Below are positions 60,064-64,000 of a DNA stretch of 64,000 nucleotides, piece by piece. Origin of the DNA: an uncultured Bacilli bacterium (GTDB taxonomy: Bacteria > Bacillota_I > Bacilli_A > RF39 > UBA660); NCBI GenBank assembly GCA_934085565.1, contig CAKOHG010000001.1, forward strand, positions 64,706-128,705, given 5' to 3'. Under the pieces are notes generated by a model. The model was not told the DNA's origin and did not search any database. It was given only the letters and a program-made list of their open reading frames with translations. Each line of letters begins with the position of its first letter. The stretch's first letter is position 1. Both the position numbers and the translations under genes were made by a program.

Positions 60064-61275
60064 ATGGATACAAAGATATTAATATTAGGAAGTGACGCGA
60101 ATGCTTATTATATGGCTCGTTGTGCTTATGAATATACCCATAAAAAAGCCCATTTAATTGGCAAAGATAGATTAGCTTTTACTAAGTTTTCTAACATCTT
60201 AACAATAGAGTATGAACCTAATTTATGGGATGAACAAGAGTTTGTTAAAATATTAAACCGTTATGCTCTTAAAAATATTGAGAGTAGAGTTTTAGTTATC
60301 AGTACAAATGAAACATATTCTTTGTTTTTAGCTCGTAATCAAAAAATATTAGAACATAACTTGGTCTATTTTAAACAATCTGAAAAAGTATTAGAAACAT
60401 TAACAAATAAAGAAAAATTTTATAAGACTTATAAAACATCTTCTTTAAGTTTTCCAATGACTTATTATTTTGACGTGACAAAGGATAGTCTTATTCCAAC
60501 GATGACTTATCCCATGATTTTAAAACCAGCTGATGTTGTTTCTTATAATCACTTAAACTTTCCTGGTAAAAATAAAATATATAAAATTGAAAGTGAAGAA
60601 GAGCTTTTAAGCACTATCAATCGAATTAAAAGTGCTGGATACCAAGAAAAACTTATTTTACAGGAATATATTCCGGGAGATGATTCTTATCTTTTTGATA
60701 GCGTTGTTTACGTTTCCAAAAGTGGTAAAGTAAAAGTGATTAGCTTTGCTCAGATAGGACTTCAAGAAAGAAGTAAATCTATGGTTGGTAATGCGGCTTG
60801 TCTTATTAACGGCTTTAATACTTTTAATGTGGATACTTCTGAAATGAAAGAAAATATTATTACTTTTATGGAAACTTTAGGTATGAATGGCTTTTTTGAA
60901 TTCGATATGAAATACGATGAAAAAAGTCAAACGTTTAAAGTTTTAGAGATTAATGCCAGACAAGGGCGTTGTAGCTATTATTTAACCCCTTTAAAGGCTA
61001 ACTTAGTGGAAATTATGTTAAAAGATCTTGTTTTACAAGAAGAACTTCCTTTTAGAGATTTAAAAGAGGAATGTTTACTATCATTTGTCCCTAAAAATAT
61101 TGTTAAAACTTATATTACAAACGAAGATTTTAAAAAAGAAGCCTTAAGACTATGGAAGAAAAGGGTAAGCCCTATGGAATGCCCAAAAGATAAAAATTTT
61201 AAACGTTTTTTAATGATGAAAAAAAGATTATGGCATTATAAAAAAGAATACCAAAATAGTTATTGGAAAGCATAG
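60064..61275 (+). CDS. ATP-grasp domain protein (carboxylate-amine ligase-like), unknown specificity
   Basis: ILKPADVVSYNH..., QEYIPGDD and EINARQGR resemble ATP-grasp B/C-domain motifs; GAGGAAG RBS before ATG 60064. Confidence 0.55.
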   Translation: MDTKILILGSDANAYYMARCAYEYTHKKAHLIGKDRLAFTKFSNILTIEYEPNLWDEQEFVKILNRYALKNIESRVLVISTNETYSLFLARNQKILEHNLVYFKQSEKVLETLTNKEKFYKTYKTSSLSFPMTYYFDVTKDSLIPTMTYPMILKPADVVSYNHLNFPGKNKIYKIESEEELLSTINRIKSAGYQEKLILQEYIPGDDSYLFDSVVYVSKSGKVKVISFAQIGLQERSKSMVGNAACLINGFNTFNVDTSEMKENIITFMETLGMNGFFEFDMKYDEKSQTFKVLEINARQGRCSYYLTPLKANLVEIMLKDLVLQEELPFRDLKEECLLSFVPKNIVKTYITNEDFKKEALRLWKKRVSPMECPKDKNFKRFLMMKKRLWHYKKEYQNSYWKA

Positions 61276-61289
61276 GAGGAGAGATATTT

Positions 61290-63125
61290 ATGTGTGGAAT
61301 TGTAGGATTTATTGATAAAAGAAAGAAAAAAGAAAAAGATGTTATTATTAAAAAAATGGGTGATGTCATTGCCCACCGTGGACCAGATGGAGAAGGATTT
61401 TTCACAGATGACGTGGTTGCTTTAGGTCAAAGAAGATTATCTATTATTGATGTGGAAGGCGGCGCCCAACCTATTTTTTCTTTAGATGGTAAAAAAGCTA
61501 TTATTTTTAATGGTGAGATTTATAATTATCAAAAATTAAAGGAAGAACTAGAAGAAAAAGGTTATAAATTTAAAACGAAAACAGATACCGAAGTGGTTTT
61601 GAATGGATATATTGAATGGCAAGATGATTTATTTAACAAACTACGTGGTATGTTTGCTTTTGTGATTTATGATTTAGAAACACATGAACTTGTTGGGGCG
61701 AGAGATCACTTCGGTATCAAACCTTTCTATTATTATGAAAAAGATGGCGATTTTATTTTTGGCTCAGAAATAAAATCTATATTAGAACATTCAGATTATC
61801 ATAAAGAGGTAAATCCCGATGCTTTAAAAATGTATTTGATTTTTCAATATTCTGTCAAAGATGAAAGCTTCTTTAAAGGTGTTATGAAATTACGTCCCGG
61901 ACATTATTTCCATTACAAAAATAATAAGCTAGATATTAAACCTTATTTTGAACTTTCATTTGACCGCAAAAACACAAAAAAGAGTTTTGAAGAAATGAAA
62001 GAAGAATTAAGGGATGTTTTAAAAGACTCTATTTACTATCATCAAACAACAAGTGATGTTGAAGTAGGAGCTTATTTATCTGGAGGAGTAGACTCATCTT
62101 ATGTAGTAAGTGCAGCTAAACCAGATAAAACTTATTCTGTAGGTTTTTCTTATGAAGGGTTTGACGAAACCGATTATGCGAAGGAATTATCTAAAAATTT
62201 AAAAATCAAAAATAAACGAGAAAAAGTAAGTGCTGATGATTTTTTTGAAGCTTTACCTAAAGTAGAGTGGCATACGGATGAACCCCATGCCAATTTATCT
62301 ACGGTGCCTTTATATTTTTTAAGTGATTTAACTTGTAAAGATGTGAAAGTAGCTTTAGCGGGCGAAGGAGCCGATGAAATGTTTGGAGGATATAACGAGT
62401 ATAATGATCCTTTCTTACTTCGTTTGTATCTTCATTTACCTTTGTTTTTAAGAAAATTTAATCGTAACATTTGCAAACATTTACCACATTTTCCAGGTCG
62501 AAACACCTTGATTTTGTATGGACAACCTTTTTATGAAAGATATATTGGACATGGAAGCTATATGGAAAGTGATGAGGCTAATAAGATTTTAGCGGACTCT
62601 TTAAAAAATGACGAGAAAATATCAGATATTATTAAACCTTATTATGACAAAGTAAAAGATGAAGATGTTCTTACTCAAAAAATGTATATTGATTTCAATT
62701 TTTGGCTTCCTAAAGATATCTTGGTGAAGGCAGATCGTATGAGTATGGCACATTCTGTGGAGTTAAGAACGCCTCTTATGGATATAGATGTTTTTAATTT
62801 TGCTAGAACGATTCCATCAAAATATTTGTTAAAAAATAAAGAAACAAAATTTTTATTTCGTGATTTAGCTAAGGAAACAATTCCTCTAGATTGGGCTAAA
62901 AGAAGAAAATGTGGGTTTCCTGTTCCTTTTTCAAAATGGTTAAGAGAAGAAAAATATTATAAAATAGTAAAAGAAGCTTTTCAAAAAGACTATGTTTCAA
63001 AGTTTTTTGATCAAAAGTATATTCTTAATTTATTAGAAAATCATTATCATAACAAAGAAAATAATGGCCGAAAAATATACAATATTTATTGCTTTTGCGT
63101 ATGGTACGAACAGTATTTTGCCTAA
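61290..63125 (+). CDS. asparagine synthetase (glutamine-hydrolysing) family amidotransferase
   Basis: MCGIVGF Ntn-Cys start, SGGVDSS PP-loop; AGGAGGAG RBS; ORF track start 61263 over-extended. Confidence 0.85.
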   Translation: MCGIVGFIDKRKKKEKDVIIKKMGDVIAHRGPDGEGFFTDDVVALGQRRLSIIDVEGGAQPIFSLDGKKAIIFNGEIYNYQKLKEELEEKGYKFKTKTDTEVVLNGYIEWQDDLFNKLRGMFAFVIYDLETHELVGARDHFGIKPFYYYEKDGDFIFGSEIKSILEHSDYHKEVNPDALKMYLIFQYSVKDESFFKGVMKLRPGHYFHYKNNKLDIKPYFELSFDRKNTKKSFEEMKEELRDVLKDSIYYHQTTSDVEVGAYLSGGVDSSYVVSAAKPDKTYSVGFSYEGFDETDYAKELSKNLKIKNKREKVSADDFFEALPKVEWHTDEPHANLSTVPLYFLSDLTCKDVKVALAGEGADEMFGGYNEYNDPFLLRLYLHLPLFLRKFNRNICKHLPHFPGRNTLILYGQPFYERYIGHGSYMESDEANKILADSLKNDEKISDIIKPYYDKVKDEDVLTQKMYIDFNFWLPKDILVKADRMSMAHSVELRTPLMDIDVFNFARTIPSKYLLKNKETKFLFRDLAKETIPLDWAKRRKCGFPVPFSKWLREEKYYKIVKEAFQKDYVSKFFDQKYILNLLENHYHNKENNGRKIYNIYCFCVWYEQYFA

Positions 63126-63242
63126 AAATTTAAAAATAAAATAGATATTAAGAATAAATTGTAAAAAAAATAAAAAAAATGCAAAATTCAATTGACAAGA
63201 GATATTCTTTTTGGTAATATTTTAAGTGTCAGTTGAAGACAA

Positions 63243-63319
63243 GGGCGTTTAGCTCAGTTGGTTAGAGCATCTGCCTTACAAGCAGAGGGTCTGCGGTTCG
63301 AGTCCGTAAACGCCCACCA
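63243..63319 (+). tRNA. tRNA-Val (anticodon TAC)
   Basis: anticodon loop CUUACAA; TTGACA-17-TAATAT promoter at 63192-63220. Confidence 0.85.
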
Positions 63320-63329
63320 TTATTTTTTT

Positions 63330-63405
63330 GCCGACATAGCGTAATAGGTAGCGCAACTGACTTGTAATCAGTAGGTTGGGGGTTCGATTCCCTCTGTCGG
63401 CACCA
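63330..63405 (+). tRNA. tRNA-Thr (anticodon TGT)
   Basis: anticodon loop CUUGUAA; acceptor GCCGACA/TGTCGGC. Confidence 0.85.
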
Positions 63406-63416
63406 TTTCTTGTTAT

Positions 63417-63500
63417 GGAGGGATAGCGAAGTGGTCAAACGCGGCAGACTGTAAATCTGTTCCTTCGGGTTCCATGGTTCAAATCCATGTCCCTCCACCA
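63417..63500 (+). tRNA. tRNA-Tyr (anticodon GTA)
   Basis: long variable arm, anticodon loop ACUGUAA. Confidence 0.85.
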
Positions 63501-63513
63501 TTTCTTAAAATAT

Positions 63514-63589
63514 TGCCTCGTAGCCAAGTGGTAAGGCATCAGACTTTGACTCTGACATTTCGATGGTTCGAGTCCATCCGAGGCAGCCA
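63514..63589 (+). tRNA. tRNA-Gln (anticodon TTG)
   Basis: acceptor TGCCTCG/CGAGGCA, anticodon loop CUUUGAC. Confidence 0.8.
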
Positions 63590-63607
63590 TTTTTAATAAC
63601 GATATTC

Positions 63608-63683
63608 GGTTCGCTAGCTCAGTTGGTAGAGCATTTGACTTTTAATCAAAGGGTCCCGGGTTCGAATCCCGGGCGAGCCACCA
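63608..63683 (+). tRNA. tRNA-Lys (anticodon TTT)
   Basis: anticodon loop CUUUUAA; T-arm CCGGG/CCCGG. Confidence 0.85.
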
Positions 63684-63696
63684 TTTTATGTTAATG

Positions 63697-63780
63697 AAGC
63701 CTTTATTTAAAGGCTTTTTTCATGTCTTTTTTTTAAATTACTCTTAAAATTACTCCGAAAGTACTTTCTGAAATATATTT
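63697..63780 (+). repeat. post-tRNA module copy C (terminator GAAGCCTTTATTTAAAGGCTTTTTT plus AAATTACTC units plus CCGAAAGTACTTTCTGAAATATA); partial copy D at 63981-64000
   Basis: aligned by eye to copies A and B. Confidence 0.7.
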
Positions 63781-64000
63781 ATAAAACATGTTTCTTTGAA
63801 TAATGATTTTAAACTGAATCTAAAAAAGGGTTATTTGCTTATTATAAGATATTAAAATATCGAAAATAATTACGCTTATCAAAAGTTGGTTAAGATTTAC
63901 CTAAAATATTTAATGTATTTATTTTTTTAATTTAAAAGATATATAGATTTATTACGATTCAAATTTATATTTCGTTAAGTAAAATTACTCCAAAATTACT

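Overview
Low-GC (roughly 30% GC by eye) chromosomal segment read with the standard genetic code (long uninterrupted ORFs; no sign of UGA=Trp). It looks like a Firmicutes-type spore-former: several gene pairs keep Bacillus-like order (tkt-sirA-like, yceD-rpmF, rpsU-yqeY, rpsP-KH, polA-mutM, rnhC-cvpA-trxA, rpsB-tsf...frr). Mostly housekeeping: thiI (partial), ppdK, trigger factor, queA, thrS, serS, tkt, tmcAL, mscL, phosphoketolase, lexA, holA-like, rnhC, trxA, rpsB, tsf, frr, rpsU, rpsP, polA, mutM, tyrS, alr and an asnB-like amidotransferase. Twelve tRNAs lie in four clusters. Three T-box leaders precede the thrS, serS and tyrS operons. Sporulation genes are present: a minimal spoVAC-spoVAD-spoVAEB operon behind a forespore-type promoter, cotE, a yyaC-like gene and a sirA-like gene. 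Worth a second look: (1) a 965-aa protein with a type IV prepilin N-terminus and repeated Ig-like modules, with no pilus assembly genes nearby, behind a perfect 10-bp palindrome that covers its RBS; (2) a roughly 90-bp module (terminator plus tandem AAATTACTCC units) repeated after three tRNA clusters and again at the window end; (3) small unknown ORFs sitting between the T-box leaders and thrS/serS, with a ThrRS that lacks the TGS domain; (4) a very AT-rich two-gene insertion between cotE and rpsP; (5) two thioredoxin-fold membrane paralogs in place of pyrH between tsf and frr; (6) an alr / ATP-grasp / AsnB-like trio; (7) a TetR-controlled MacB/FtsX-type ABC exporter with a perfect palindromic operator. 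No CRISPR array, rRNA, transposase or integrase was seen.
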